A stretch of 64,000 nt of DNA. It comes from an uncultured Micrococcales bacterium (lineage in GTDB: Bacteria > Actinomycetota > Actinomycetes > Actinomycetales > Microbacteriaceae). The position numbers and the translations under genes are program-made. Under the pieces are notes generated by a model. The model made no database searches and was not told the DNA's origin. It saw nothing but the letters and a program-made list of their open reading frames with translations. How positions within the stretch are numbered: the first letter of the stretch is position 1; every line of letters starts with the position of its first letter. Positions 7,361 to 17,228 of the stretch are shown in pieces. The stretch lies in assembly GCA_903880095.1 (NCBI GenBank), contig CAIRNX010000038.1:5399-69398 (forward strand), in the 5' to 3' direction.

Positions 7361-7478
7361 AGTCGAATTATTGGCCAGCTTGTGGGGAGAAATTGTTATT
7401 CACAAGTGATTAATGAAGATATGGACATATTTCTACAAAGTAATTACCATTTTTGAAACTGTCGAGAATGAGGTCGAA

Positions 7479-7859
7479 ATGGCAAATGCAACTCAAGTCG
7501 AAAAAGTTCACGTAACCGAACTCCCCGACCCCGTCGAGCAACTCAAATATCTAGCCCCAGCCGTCATGGAGGTATTGGAAGGGGTGCGATCGGTTGCGCA
7601 ACTTGGCGGCATGGTCACCGAAGACATCTACCAATTGCTAAAAAATCGTTCGGCCGCCAAAGCAAGGGACCGGTTTTCGAATGCAAAGAAGCTGCCATGG
7701 CCAAACATCAAGATTTCACGCTTGCACCACGAATACACCAGGCCGAACTTGGTTCAAGCGGTGATTTTGCTCACGACAGAAAAGCGGACGCGAGCCGTTG
7801 CGATAAGACTGGAAGGTCGCCATGCCCGCTGGGTTGCGACTGCGGTAACCGTTCTCTAG
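7479..7859 (+). CDS. Rv3235-family protein (conserved actinobacterial, upstream of secA)
   Basis: [18 protein letters not shown] ... [19 protein letters not shown] matches my recollection of the family pattern, and the position next to secA fits. ATG 7479 is preferred to the ORF-track start at 7413. Confidence 0.65.
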   Translation: MANATQVEKVHVTELPDPVEQLKYLAPAVMEVLEGVRSVAQLGGMVTEDIYQLLKNRSAAKARDRFSNAKKLPWPNIKISRLHHEYTRPNLVQAVILLTTEKRTRAVAIRLEGRHARWVATAVTVL

Positions 7860-10480
7860 TTGTTTCTAAAAAACGAACTGCCTGGCCCGTTGTTTGGCTT
7901 TTTCGGAGCTTCGTCTACGATTTCGGCTTCGCCGTCTTCACTCGGTGCCGAGAAGGTTAGGTTCTCTTGGGTTGGAGCGACCGGAGCCGCCTGAACCTCG
8001 ATGTTGAACAAGTACATAACCGACTCTTCACGAATCTGGCCCATCATGATCTGGAACATGGTGAAACCTTCGCGCTGGTATTCGACCAGCGGATCACGCT
8101 GAGCCATAGCTCGAAGCCCAATACCCTCTTTAAGGTAATCCATCTCATACAGGTGATCGCGCCACTTGCGGTCGATAACCGACATCACGACTCTGCGCTC
8201 AAGTTCGCGCATTGCCTCCTCGCCGATATCTTCGGTTCGCTTTTTGTAGGCAAGGCGTGCGTCGCTGAGAAGTTCGTTGGTTAGCCAAGGCTTGGTCAAC
8301 TTCGAACGGTTACCAGCCTCGGCCAAAACCTCGGCGATCATGATGCCCACCGGGTAAACCGTGCGAAGCTCGTTCCAGAGGGCCTCAAGATCCCAGTCGG
8401 CGCCGTGCTCAACCAAGTGGTTCGAAACGATATTGGCGATTACGTCTTCAAGGAAGGCATCAACGCGATCAGCAATGTCGTCGCCCTCGAGAATGTGACG
8501 GCGGTCGGTGTAGATAGCCTCACGTTGACGGTTCAGAACATCGTCGTACTTCAAAACATTTTTGCGAATCTCGGAGTTTCTGCCTTCAACCTGCGACTGA
8601 GCGCTGGCGATTGCGCGGCTGACCATCTTCGACTCAATCGCGGTGTCATCTGGGACTCCCCCGCGGTTCATTAGGCTAGCTGCCGCTCCAGAGTTGAACA
8701 GGCGCATTAGGTCATCTGTCATCGAAAGGTAGAACCGCGATTCACCCTTGTCGCCCTGGCGACCGGCACGACCGCGCAACTGGTTGTCGATGCGGCGAGA
8801 CTCGTGACGCTCAGTGCCTAAGACATAAAGGCCGCCAACCTCGAGAACCCTGTCGGCCTCTTCAGAAACTTTGGCCTTGATTTCTTCAAAAGCCTGCGCC
8901 CAAGCCGCTTCGTACTCTTCTGGGTTGGTTTCTGGGTTTAGTCCCTTTTTGCCTAGAGATTCGACGGTCAAGAACTCAGCGTTGCCACCGAGCATTACGT
9001 CGGTGCCTCGACCAGCCATGTTGGTGGCAACCGTGACTGCGCTTAGACGGCCAGCCTGAGCGATGATGGCGGCTTCACGAGCGTGGTTCTTGGCGTTCAA
9101 AACCTCGTGGCGAACACCGCGCTTAGCAAGTAAACGCGAAAGGTATTCGCTCTTCTCAACGCTGGTTGTGCCAACTAGAACCGGCTGGCCCTTGGCGTGA
9201 CGCTCAGCGATGTCTTCGACAACCATTGCGAACTTGATCTCTTCGTTCTTATAGATCAGATCCGGCTGGTCGATGCGTATCATCGGCTTGTTGGTCGGAA
9301 TCGGAACCACACCAAGCTTGTAGGTGTTCACGAACTCCGCTGCTTCGGTTTCTGCCGTACCGGTCATGCCCGAGAGTTTTGAATACAAGCGGAAGTAGTT
9401 CTGCAGGGTAACAGTCGCCAGGGTCTGGTTTTCGGCCTTGACCTCGACCCCTTCTTTGGCTTCGATCGCCTGGTGGATACCCTCGTTGTAACGGCGACCA
9501 GCCAGGATGCGACCTGTGTGCTCATCGACAATCAGCACCTCGCCGTCCATCACTACGTAGTCTTTGTCTCGTTTGAAGAGAGACTTCGCTCTCAATGAGT
9601 TGTTCAAGAACGAAATGAGTGGGGTGTTAGCCGATTCGTAAAGATTTGAGATACCGAGGTAGTCCTCAACCTTGTCGATTCCGGCCTCGAGAATGCCTAT
9701 GGTGCGCTTCTTCTCGTCAACTTCGTAGTCGATGACGGGTTCAAGCTTTTCGGCAATCTTGGCAAACTCTGCGAACCAGCGGTTCGCGTCGCCGGAGGCA
9801 GGGCCAGAGATGATCAGCGGGGTTCGAGCCTCGTCAATCAAAATTGAGTCAACCTCGTCAACGATGGCAAAGAAGTGTCCTCGTTGAACCAGGTCCTGCT
9901 GGGTCCAAACCATGTTGTCGCGAAGGTAATCGAAGCCAAACTCATTATTGGTGCCGTAGGTGATGTCGGCAAGATACTCCTCGCGCCGCACAGCTGGCTC
10001 CTGCCCGGCGGTGATGCAACCGGTGGTCATGCCCAGTGCACGGAAAACGCGACTCATAAGTTCGCTCTGGTAGCTAGCTAGGTAATCGTTTGTGGTAACA
10101 ACGTGCACACCACGGCCGGCGATTGCGTTGAGGTAAGCCGGCAGGGTCGCCACAAGGGTCTTACCTTCACCAGTTTTCATTTCGGCAATGTTGCCAAGGT
10201 GAAGTGCGGCACCACCCATGATCTGAACATCGAAGTGGCGCATTCCAAGTGTGCGAACCGATGCTTCGCGAACGGCTGCGAACGCCTCAGGTAGAAGGTC
10301 GTCAAGGCTTTCGCCGGCCGCGTAACGCTCGCGCAAAGACTGGGTCTCGCCACGAAGCTCATCATCGGTGAGGGTTTTGAAGTTTTCTTCGAGCGCGTTT
10401 ACTGCCGCTACGTGATTGCGCAGCTTAGCGAGAATGCGGCCCTCGCCAGCGCGCAGCAACTTATTGATCACAGATGCCAA
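7856..10480 (-). CDS. secA: preprotein translocase ATPase SecA
   Basis: [32 protein letters not shown] and [10 protein letters not shown]. The start is uncertain. TTG 10480 (GGAG 7 nt upstream, giving [15 protein letters not shown]) is preferred over the ORF-track TTG 10513. Confidence 0.95.
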   Translation of the reverse strand: MASVINKLLRAGEGRILAKLRNHVAAVNALEENFKTLTDDELRGETQSLRERYAAGESLDDLLPEAFAAVREASVRTLGMRHFDVQIMGGAALHLGNIAEMKTGEGKTLVATLPAYLNAIAGRGVHVVTTNDYLASYQSELMSRVFRALGMTTGCITAGQEPAVRREEYLADITYGTNNEFGFDYLRDNMVWTQQDLVQRGHFFAIVDEVDSILIDEARTPLIISGPASGDANRWFAEFAKIAEKLEPVIDYEVDEKKRTIGILEAGIDKVEDYLGISNLYESANTPLISFLNNSLRAKSLFKRDKDYVVMDGEVLIVDEHTGRILAGRRYNEGIHQAIEAKEGVEVKAENQTLATVTLQNYFRLYSKLSGMTGTAETEAAEFVNTYKLGVVPIPTNKPMIRIDQPDLIYKNEEIKFAMVVEDIAERHAKGQPVLVGTTSVEKSEYLSRLLAKRGVRHEVLNAKNHAREAAIIAQAGRLSAVTVATNMAGRGTDVMLGGNAEFLTVESLGKKGLNPETNPEEYEAAWAQAFEEIKAKVSEEADRVLEVGGLYVLGTERHESRRIDNQLRGRAGRQGDKGESRFYLSMTDDLMRLFNSGAAASLMNRGGVPDDTAIESKMVSRAIASAQSQVEGRNSEIRKNVLKYDDVLNRQREAIYTDRRHILEGDDIADRVDAFLEDVIANIVSNHLVEHGADWDLEALWNELRTVYPVGIMIAEVLAEAGNRSKLTKPWLTNELLSDARLAYKKRTEDIGEEAMRELERRVVMSVIDRKWRDHLYEMDYLKEGIGLRAMAQRDPLVEYQREGFTMFQIMMGQIREESVMYLFNIEVQAAPVAPTQENLTFSAPSEDGEAEIVDEAPKKPNNGPGSSFFRNN

Positions 10481-10528
10481 GGCATGACTCCAAACGGTTT
10501 TGTCTAGGTTCAATCCTAAACGCTGAGG

Positions 10529-11143
10529 CTAGACGAGCGTGATTACCCCATAGTTCCAACCGCGACGCTTATAAACAACAGAAGACTTGTCGGTTGCGAC
10601 GTCGTGGAACAAAAAGAAGTCGTGCCCGAGAAGTTCCATGGCATCGATCGCCTCTTCTTGACTCATTGGCTGGGCGTGAAAGTCTTTGCGGCGAATCACT
10701 ACAGGACTAACGCCAAGGTCAACCGTCGCCACCTCTGGCTCACCGCCAAGAAAGATTTCGCCAGGCGCCGGCGTGATGTCTAGTTCAGCAAAGTCTGTGG
10801 CGCTCAGCTCCGATACGCCGTGGCTGCCGTGAAGTCCGCGATGGACCTTTCGCTTGTCGTTTGCTCGTCGCAGACGCTCTGTGAGTTTGCCGTAGGCCAC
10901 GTCGAAGGCAGCGAACTTGTCTTGGGCGTGAGCCTCGGCGCGAATAATGTTGCCGCCACCGTAAACGGTGAGTTCAACCTGGTCTTCAGTGCCGCTCTGG
11001 CGAGAGTGATCGATTCGGGTTACCTTTACAACGATTTCGGTTGCCTTATGCAGTAGGTGATCAACCTTTGCTGCGCGTTCGTCGACATAATCGCGAAAAC
11101 GCTCCGAGACTGTCAGGTTTTTGGCGGAAATTTTTACTTCCAT
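10529..11143 (-). CDS. hpf: ribosome hibernation-promoting factor, long form
   Basis: S30AE/YfiA-type N-domain (KISAKNLTVSERFRDYV) plus a C-terminal dimerisation domain (GHDFFLFHD...VVYKRRGWNYGVI). Its position downstream of comF and upstream of secA is conserved. Confidence 0.9.
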   Translation of the reverse strand: MEVKISAKNLTVSERFRDYVDERAAKVDHLLHKATEIVVKVTRIDHSRQSGTEDQVELTVYGGGNIIRAEAHAQDKFAAFDVAYGKLTERLRRANDKRKVHRGLHGSHGVSELSATDFAELDITPAPGEIFLGGEPEVATVDLGVSPVVIRRKDFHAQPMSQEEAIDAMELLGHDFFLFHDVATDKSSVVYKRRGWNYGVITLV

Positions 11144-11192
11144 GGTCTCCTGCGACTCTCTACGGATTTGTTACCGTGTCGCAAAGATACGC

Positions 11193-11807
11193 CTAATTTT
11201 TCGATGATGTGTCGATTTTCAGGATTGTTTCAGCAATCGTGATGAACCCAGCTACCTGGTTTCCGGCTGCGGCCATAGCCCTGGCCGCTTCGCGCAGGGA
11301 TGCGCCAGTTGTAACCACGTCGTCAATAAGCACCACAGGCCCGCTCAGTGGCTTGGCAAGCATCGAGCCGGCAAGGTTAACCTCACGTTGCTCGCGGCTC
11401 AGTAGAGCCTGATCGGCGATTTTTCTGGCAAAAACCAAGGCATGTGCAGAACGAACGGAGCGTCTTCTTGCGAGTCTCTCTGCCAAGAGTTCGGCCGGCA
11501 CGAACCCTCGTTTTCGAGTTGCCGTCGAAGAAGATGGCAAACCGACGAGAATCGCATTTTCCGGCAAGGCAACTTCGTCGAGGAGTTTGGAGAACTCTCC
11601 GAGTAAAGCCGTTCGTCCGTGTTCTTTGAAGGCGTTGATCGCACTGGTCGCGGTTTTCGAATAGTCGATGGCCGACCAACCTATGATGCCGCGGTCAACT
11701 TGTCTTGGTCTCGCTTGGAGTGCCGAGAGGCAAGTGTCACAGATAGTTCTGCCAACCTTGCGGCATGAAACGCAGGTTGCTGGCAGTAGGTTTTCGAGAA
11801 GTTGCAT
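11193..11807 (-). CDS. ComF-family phosphoribosyltransferase-domain protein
   Basis: N-terminal Cys4 (CVSCRK...CDTC) and the PRTase motif VVLIDDVVTTGAS. Confidence 0.85.
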   Translation of the reverse strand: MQLLENLLPATCVSCRKVGRTICDTCLSALQARPRQVDRGIIGWSAIDYSKTATSAINAFKEHGRTALLGEFSKLLDEVALPENAILVGLPSSSTATRKRGFVPAELLAERLARRRSVRSAHALVFARKIADQALLSREQREVNLAGSMLAKPLSGPVVLIDDVVTTGASLREAARAMAAAGNQVAGFITIAETILKIDTSSKN

Positions 11808-11856
11808 GGCAAGAGTCTGCCGCGTGGATGACTAGTTAAACGCTTCTGTGAATAAC

Positions 11857-13506
11857 CTACAAATGAAGAGCGAGGATATTTTGCGCAATGGTCGTCCAAC
11901 TTGAACCTTGAGACTCGACAACTCTGCCGTCAGATTGAAGCACAAAAAGCTGCCCGGTTCCATTCACAGTAATTGAGTTTGCCGATTCGATGGCCGTGGA
12001 CGGATTCAACAGGCCGCCAATCGTCACCAAGCAAGGTATGAATCCGTTCGGGGCAGAAGGTGTGATTAGGGCGAGGGTCACGTTGTCTGCCCAGCTAACT
12101 CTGTCGGAATTTTTTGGTGCCGATGTCACCAAGATCGGTTTGCCGATGATTACAGGTTCGCCTGATTTGTTTCGCTCAATCGGGAACAGGTAAGTCTGCT
12201 TAATCTTTCCGATCTGGTAGACCACCGCGACACGTGCCCCTTCTGGAGAAACCGAAAAAGAGATTGGCACACCGCTCACCCAATTATTTTGAAGAACCAT
12301 GCGGGTGCTACCAGAAACAACGAATGGGGCTCCCTGAGTGCTCGAGAGCGTCCAGAGTGAGCCTTGCGGGTCGAAGCTCGGGGAAAGCTGTTTGGCTCTC
12401 CTGTCGACTATCTTGCCTTGGTCGTTGAAGGTATCGAGGGCGTAGAGGTGAACACCGCTTGGTGACACGAAAGCTACCCGATTATGGTTTTGCGAATAAG
12501 CGAAGTCAGTTGGACTTAAATCAAGCACCTTCGAAGCGGTGCCCGCAATCGCCTGCGAACCATTAGCATTCAGGCGCACTAAACCGACGCTTGTGAGTGC
12601 AATTGGCGAGCTACCAAGGCTCGGCGGCTGGCCGTCAACATATTGCGTGATGGTTTGCGGTGTGCGCTGAATCGAAATCTCAACGTTGCTCACATCGGTC
12701 AGTTGCTCGAGGGTGGCTGCTATTTGAGACTTCATTAGCGATCGTCTTGCCGCAGGCACGCGAAGCGCCTGTGAACTGAGGTCGACCTTGGCTACTCCGT
12801 TCTCAATCGTTACCGAGTTGATGTTTAGTTTGGTGCCAACTGGAATCACATTAACAACTGCAGGTTTGAGCCAGTCGCTTGCTCCCTTGAGTAAGGAGTT
12901 CATCAATCTCGTGCCGGTTGAAGCGCGTGACGGGAACCACCGAATCTCGGGCACCAAATACGTGAGGCTAGGGTCAAAGAAGAAAAGCGAATAAGACCGA
13001 AATAGCACCTTGAAGTTTTGGCGAACCACGATCGTTTGGTTTGGCGCCGACAAGATTCGCCATTGGCCTGAGGTTTTAACGAAATGTATTGTCGAGGTTC
13101 GTTTCGTGCCGGCGGGAAGGTCGGTGTAGCGCCCGTCGGAGTCGATTTGACCTGAAACGCCAACCGTGACTCGATATTCGGTTTCACTCAACTTCAAAAG
13201 TTCCGGGGCGCCCTCTTGAATAAGCACTTCTTGATTGGGTTGCCACTTCGTGGAAAAGGTTTTCGCTAGGTATTCTCGAGCAACCGCGTAGTCGTTCTGA
13301 GGGCCGTTACCGGAGTTCAAGAATCCGTACAAAACCGCCTCTTGTGTTGCACCGGTGTAAGGCCCGGATTGCGAGTAATAAACCTCGTCATTGGTAAGCC
13401 CGGAGGTTACGTCGGGGCCGAAGCCGATCGCTCCCGATGTAGGGATTGATGCGCAACCGCTGAGCGCTAAAGCCGAGATCGCCAGGGCAATAACTTTTCG
13501 CCTCAC
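11857..13506 (-). CDS. lpqB: lipoprotein LpqB (MtrAB-associated)
   Basis: Lipobox LALSGC. 549 aa. The GTG start overlaps the mtrB stop (GTGA). The mtrA-mtrB-lpqB order is conserved. Confidence 0.85.
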   Translation of the reverse strand: MRRKVIALAISALALSGCASIPTSGAIGFGPDVTSGLTNDEVYYSQSGPYTGATQEAVLYGFLNSGNGPQNDYAVAREYLAKTFSTKWQPNQEVLIQEGAPELLKLSETEYRVTVGVSGQIDSDGRYTDLPAGTKRTSTIHFVKTSGQWRILSAPNQTIVVRQNFKVLFRSYSLFFFDPSLTYLVPEIRWFPSRASTGTRLMNSLLKGASDWLKPAVVNVIPVGTKLNINSVTIENGVAKVDLSSQALRVPAARRSLMKSQIAATLEQLTDVSNVEISIQRTPQTITQYVDGQPPSLGSSPIALTSVGLVRLNANGSQAIAGTASKVLDLSPTDFAYSQNHNRVAFVSPSGVHLYALDTFNDQGKIVDRRAKQLSPSFDPQGSLWTLSSTQGAPFVVSGSTRMVLQNNWVSGVPISFSVSPEGARVAVVYQIGKIKQTYLFPIERNKSGEPVIIGKPILVTSAPKNSDRVSWADNVTLALITPSAPNGFIPCLVTIGGLLNPSTAIESANSITVNGTGQLFVLQSDGRVVESQGSSWTTIAQNILALHL

Positions 13507-15059
13507 GAGTCTCTCCGACCTAGGGGTAGAGGCGACTGGGTGAACAGGACCGCCTGCTTTCTCGGGAGGGTGAGCCTAAACGTGGTGCCCTTGTTTGGGC
13601 TTGACACAAGTTGGAGCCAGCCGTTGTGAAGCGTGGTGTCGGCGAGTGCAATGGCTAGGCCTAGGCCTGTGCCACCTGTCGTGCGCTTGCGGGCCGGGTC
13701 GGCTCGCCAAAAACGATCGAATACTCGAGACACTTGACTCGGAGTCATACCCACCCCGTAGTCGGTTACAGTAACGGCAACGGCCGTCGGACTTTGTCCA
13801 ACTTCTATTCGGATTGGCTTGCCTTCGCCATGTTCGATGGCGTTGGAAAGAAGATTTCGAAGCACCCTTTCGACGCGTCTCGGGTCGAACTCGGCTTCAA
13901 CAGGACCGTTCGGAATGTCAACCTCGAGCACAGACCCTTTGCTGTCGGCAAGCGGCTGAATGTGAGCGAGAGCCATTCCAACAACGCCATTGAGGTCTTC
14001 AACCTCAAACTCGCCAACTACAGACTTGGCGTCGAAACGCGAGATTTCGAGAAGGTCGGCTAAAAGATCTTCAAAGCGATTTATCTGCCCCGTGAGTTTG
14101 TCCAAATTGCGCACAGCAGCTGGGTCTAGCTCATCTCGTCGGGCTTGAAGTAACTCAGCACTCAGTTTGATCGTGGTTAGCGGAGTTCGAAGCTCGTGAG
14201 AGACATCTGACACAAACACCTGCTGCATCTGCGAAACAGCGCTCAACTCATTTATCTTGGCCTGCATGCTGTCGGCCATGGTATTGAAAGACTTTCCCAA
14301 GGCCGCAATTACGTCATCACCAGCATCTTTGAGGCGTGGCTCCAAGTCTCCGGCCGCAAGCTGCGCCGAAACCTCCGCTGCCTTGCGAACCGGGCTGACG
14401 ATACGGCCGGTGACGTAAAACGAAACCGCCCCAATGAGCAAAATCATTATCGCTCCACCGAAAACGAGGGTGCTTTGCACGAAGTCAAGGGTCTGTTGGG
14501 CGCTACCAAGGTCGTAGACCAGGTACAGCTCATATGCACCGGCTACAGGAATTTCGATGTGTGACCCAACAATAAGACCGGGATGGCTTTCGGTGCCAAC
14601 TATTATCGAAACCGATTGATAAAGGAGCTTCGAAGCATGCGTGCGCACCTTCTCTCGAAGCGCTTCTGGCACGATTCCTGCATCAAGTCCGAGCGAAACT
14701 GGCGATTGCAGATATTGCCCGTTCGACTGGCCAGGGCTTCTCAGGAGTGCAACCGTTCGGCTCGAGTTCGTCGTCTTCGACTCGAGGTTGGGAACAACCG
14801 TGTTCATTAAGCCCTGAAGAGTTGCAGTGTCTGTAGAGGTCGACGCGGTGAATGTGTTTTGCACCTCCACAACAGCACGAGCGGACTCCGCCATGATTTG
14901 TTGTTGCCTGGTCTCGAAAAGACCGGCACTGATCGAATAGCTAAGAAAACCACCGACCGACACCAGTGCGATGGTACTCATGATTAGTGTGGCGGCAACC
15001 CACCTCGCTTGCAGTGAGCGCCTAAAAAAGGCGACCAGCCTGCGAAAAACCTTCGCCAA
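13503..15059 (-). CDS. mtrB: sensor histidine kinase MtrB
   Basis: Two TM segments plus HAMP, H-box SDVSHELRTPLT, and NAIEHG, DYGVGM and GGTGLGLAIA boxes. The TTG start directly follows the mtrA stop. Confidence 0.9.
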   Translation of the reverse strand: MAKVFRRLVAFFRRSLQARWVAATLIMSTIALVSVGGFLSYSISAGLFETRQQQIMAESARAVVEVQNTFTASTSTDTATLQGLMNTVVPNLESKTTNSSRTVALLRSPGQSNGQYLQSPVSLGLDAGIVPEALREKVRTHASKLLYQSVSIIVGTESHPGLIVGSHIEIPVAGAYELYLVYDLGSAQQTLDFVQSTLVFGGAIMILLIGAVSFYVTGRIVSPVRKAAEVSAQLAAGDLEPRLKDAGDDVIAALGKSFNTMADSMQAKINELSAVSQMQQVFVSDVSHELRTPLTTIKLSAELLQARRDELDPAAVRNLDKLTGQINRFEDLLADLLEISRFDAKSVVGEFEVEDLNGVVGMALAHIQPLADSKGSVLEVDIPNGPVEAEFDPRRVERVLRNLLSNAIEHGEGKPIRIEVGQSPTAVAVTVTDYGVGMTPSQVSRVFDRFWRADPARKRTTGGTGLGLAIALADTTLHNGWLQLVSSPNKGTTFRLTLPRKQAVLFTQSPLPLGRRDS

Positions 15060-15755
15060 TTAGTTGGTTCCAGCCTTGTAACCGATGCCGCGCTCGGTCA
15101 ACACGAACTGAGGTGAATCGGCGTCTTCTTCGATCTTCGAACGAAGGCGCTGAACGTGAACATTCACAAGCCGAGTGTCAGGCTTGAACTTGTCATCTGG
15201 CTTGAATTGATAGCCCCAAACTTTCACCAACAGCTCTTCGCGGCTAAAAACCTCTCCGGGGCTAGCAGCCAGCGTCTGCAGCAAATTGAACTCGAGTGGG
15301 GTTAGCTGAAGACGCGTGCCGTCCTTGCGAACCTCATGCCCAGGAACATCGATCGTGATTGGGCCCAGCGTTAAAACTTCTTGCTCCGAAGATTTGATGT
15401 CGCGAAGGTTTGCCTTAATTCGCGCAACCAAAACTTGAGAGTTGAACGGTTTGGTTACATAGTCGTCGGCGCCAGCTTCGAGACCCAAAATGATGTCTTC
15501 TGGGTCTGTTTTGGCTGTAACCATGATGATCGGCGTGCCCTGTGTTTCACGGATTTTTTTGGCGATGTCTATACCTTGAAGTTGCGGGTCGAGCATCCAA
15601 TCAAGTAAAACCAGATCTGGCTTGACAGACTCAAACTTTGAGATCGCTTGAAGAGCATCATGAACAGGAATCGCCTCGTAACCTGCGTTGGTTAAGACCT
15701 CGCAGATAGATTCATTCATTTCGAAGTCATCCTCGATTACCAGAATCTTTTTCAT
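15060..15755 (-). CDS. mtrA: OmpR-family response regulator MtrA (carries a 6-codon tandem duplication in the winged-helix domain)
   Basis: Receiver domain (ILVIEDD, LVLLDWMLD, TKP) and winged helix (TRLVNVHVQRLRSKIE, RGIGYKAG). AGGAG lies 6 nt before the ATG. Confidence 0.93.
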   Translation of the reverse strand: MKKILVIEDDFEMNESICEVLTNAGYEAIPVHDALQAISKFESVKPDLVLLDWMLDPQLQGIDIAKKIRETQGTPIIMVTAKTDPEDIILGLEAGADDYVTKPFNSQVLVARIKANLRDIKSSEQEVLTLGPITIDVPGHEVRKDGTRLQLTPLEFNLLQTLAASPGEVFSREELLVKVWGYQFKPDDKFKPDTRLVNVHVQRLRSKIEEDADSPQFVLTERGIGYKAGTN

Positions 15756-15764
15756 CGACTACTC

Positions 15765-17219
15765 CTAGTACCTGTAGTGGTCAACCTTGTATGGCCCAGC
15801 AACCGGGACTCCAATGTAACGAGCCTGGTCGTTGGTCAGCTCGGTGAGTTCGACACCGAGAGCTTTGAGGTGAAGGCGAGCAACCTGCTCATCGAGTGCC
15901 TTAGGAAGAACGAACACACCTAGCTCGTAGTTGTCTCGCTTCGAGAACAGCTCGATTTGGGCAAGCACCTGGTTTGAGAACGAGTTGCTCATCACGAATG
16001 AAGGGTGACCGGTTGCGTTACCCAGGTTCATAAGACGGCCCTCGCTGAGAATCAAAACCGAGTTACCGTTTGGCAGACGCCATTCGTGAACTTGCGGCTT
16101 GATTTCGATGCGCTTGACGCCTTCGATTCGAGCAATGCCGGCCATGTCGATTTCGTCGTCGAAGTGCCCGATGTTGGCGATGATTGCAAGGTTCTTCATC
16201 TTGAGCAGGTGTTCGGGGCGAATGATTCCGGCATTACCGGTAGCTGTGACGAAAATGTCAACGGTGTCGATGACGCTTTCGAGTTTGGCCACTTGGTAGC
16301 CATCCATGGCGGCCTGAAGGGCACAGATTGGGTCGATCTCACTAACGATGACTCGGCCACCCTGGCCTGCCATAGCCTCAGCGGCACCCTTGCCAACATC
16401 TCCGTAACCGGCAATGAAGACGGTTTTTCCGCCGATGAGAACATCGGTGGCTCGGTTGATGCCGTCTGGTAGCGAGTGGCGAATGCCGTATTTGTTGTCG
16501 AACTTCGACTTGGTAACCGAGTCGTTCACGTTGATGGCTGGGAACAAGAGTTCGCCACGCTTGAAGAACTCGTATAGGCGGTGAACGCCGGTGGTGGTTT
16601 CTTCGGTTACGCCAAGAATCTCTGATGCAATACGAGTGAAGCGAGTTGGGTCGGTCTTGAGGCTGCCTCGAAGCAGTTCAAGAATCACCGAATACTCGTG
16701 CGAGTCGTCAACTCCGGTGGGCGGAACAGATCCGGCAAGCTCAAACTCTCGGCCCTTGTGAACCAGAAGGGTTGCGTCGCCGCCATCGTCGAGGATCATG
16801 TTCGGGCCGTCGAAGCCTTCATCGCTCCAGTCGAAAATGCGGTCGGTGCACCACCAGTACTCGTCGAGGGTTTCACCCTTCCAAGCAAAAACCGGTGAAC
16901 CGGTTGGGTTCTCAACGGTGCCATCGCGGCCAACCACGACTGCAGCAGCGGCTTCGTCTTGGGTTGAGAAAATGTTGCACGAAGCCCAGCGAACCTGAGC
17001 GCCAAGATCTACGAGTGTTTCGATCAGGACTGCGGTCTGAACGGTCATGTGCAGCGAACCGGCAATGCGAGCGCCCTTCAGTGGCTGCTCGGCGGCAAAC
17101 TGCTCACGCAGTGCCATGAGACCTGGCATCTCGTGCTCGGCAAGACGAATCTGGTGTCGACCAGCTTCGGCGAGTGCGAGGTCTTTAACGCGGTGTTCGA
17201 GCAAGGCTCTTTTGGTCAT
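15765..17219 (-). CDS. ahcY: adenosylhomocysteinase
   Basis: 484 aa. NAD site [10 protein letters not shown], plus GHFDDEID and [18 protein letters not shown]. Confidence 0.96.
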   Translation of the reverse strand: MTKRALLEHRVKDLALAEAGRHQIRLAEHEMPGLMALREQFAAEQPLKGARIAGSLHMTVQTAVLIETLVDLGAQVRWASCNIFSTQDEAAAAVVVGRDGTVENPTGSPVFAWKGETLDEYWWCTDRIFDWSDEGFDGPNMILDDGGDATLLVHKGREFELAGSVPPTGVDDSHEYSVILELLRGSLKTDPTRFTRIASEILGVTEETTTGVHRLYEFFKRGELLFPAINVNDSVTKSKFDNKYGIRHSLPDGINRATDVLIGGKTVFIAGYGDVGKGAAEAMAGQGGRVIVSEIDPICALQAAMDGYQVAKLESVIDTVDIFVTATGNAGIIRPEHLLKMKNLAIIANIGHFDDEIDMAGIARIEGVKRIEIKPQVHEWRLPNGNSVLILSEGRLMNLGNATGHPSFVMSNSFSNQVLAQIELFSKRDNYELGVFVLPKALDEQVARLHLKALGVELTELTNDQARYIGVPVAGPYKVDHYRY

Positions 17220-17228
17220 GAATCAATG

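Noticed and set aside
7379-7406. CTTGTG-N16-CACAAG inverted repeat in the AT-rich divergent spacer 7361-7478, considered as a CRP/GlxR-type site.
   Set aside because: The 16-nt spacing does not fit the TGTGA-N6-TCACA architecture, and 6-bp arms in AT-rich DNA are easily produced by chance. I kept it only as a note.
15756-15764. Absence of tmk between mtrA and ahcY (present in M. tuberculosis as Rv3247c).
   Set aside because: This is a simple lineage difference in gene order. There is no scar, pseudogene or spare DNA, since only 9 nt separate the two genes, so there is nothing to follow up in this window.
16005-16472. Long ORFs antisense to or out of frame with strong CDSs. Examples are 16005-16472 in ahcY, 17047-17556 and 17659-18153 in manB, 19632-20144 in the DUF5719-like gene, 52547-52963 in pmmB, 56510-57070 across BMP/manC, and 60369-60824 in sdhA.
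   Set aside because: Each lies fully inside a gene with clear family motifs. Their translations are Arg/Ser/Pro/Ala-rich and low in complexity, as expected when stop codons are depleted in alternative frames of GC-biased coding DNA. None has an independent RBS or a family signature.
17220-17228. SAH riboswitch expected upstream of ahcY.
   Set aside because: Only 9 nt separate ahcY from the upstream manB stop, so there is no room for any riboswitch. ahcY is evidently co-transcribed with manB.
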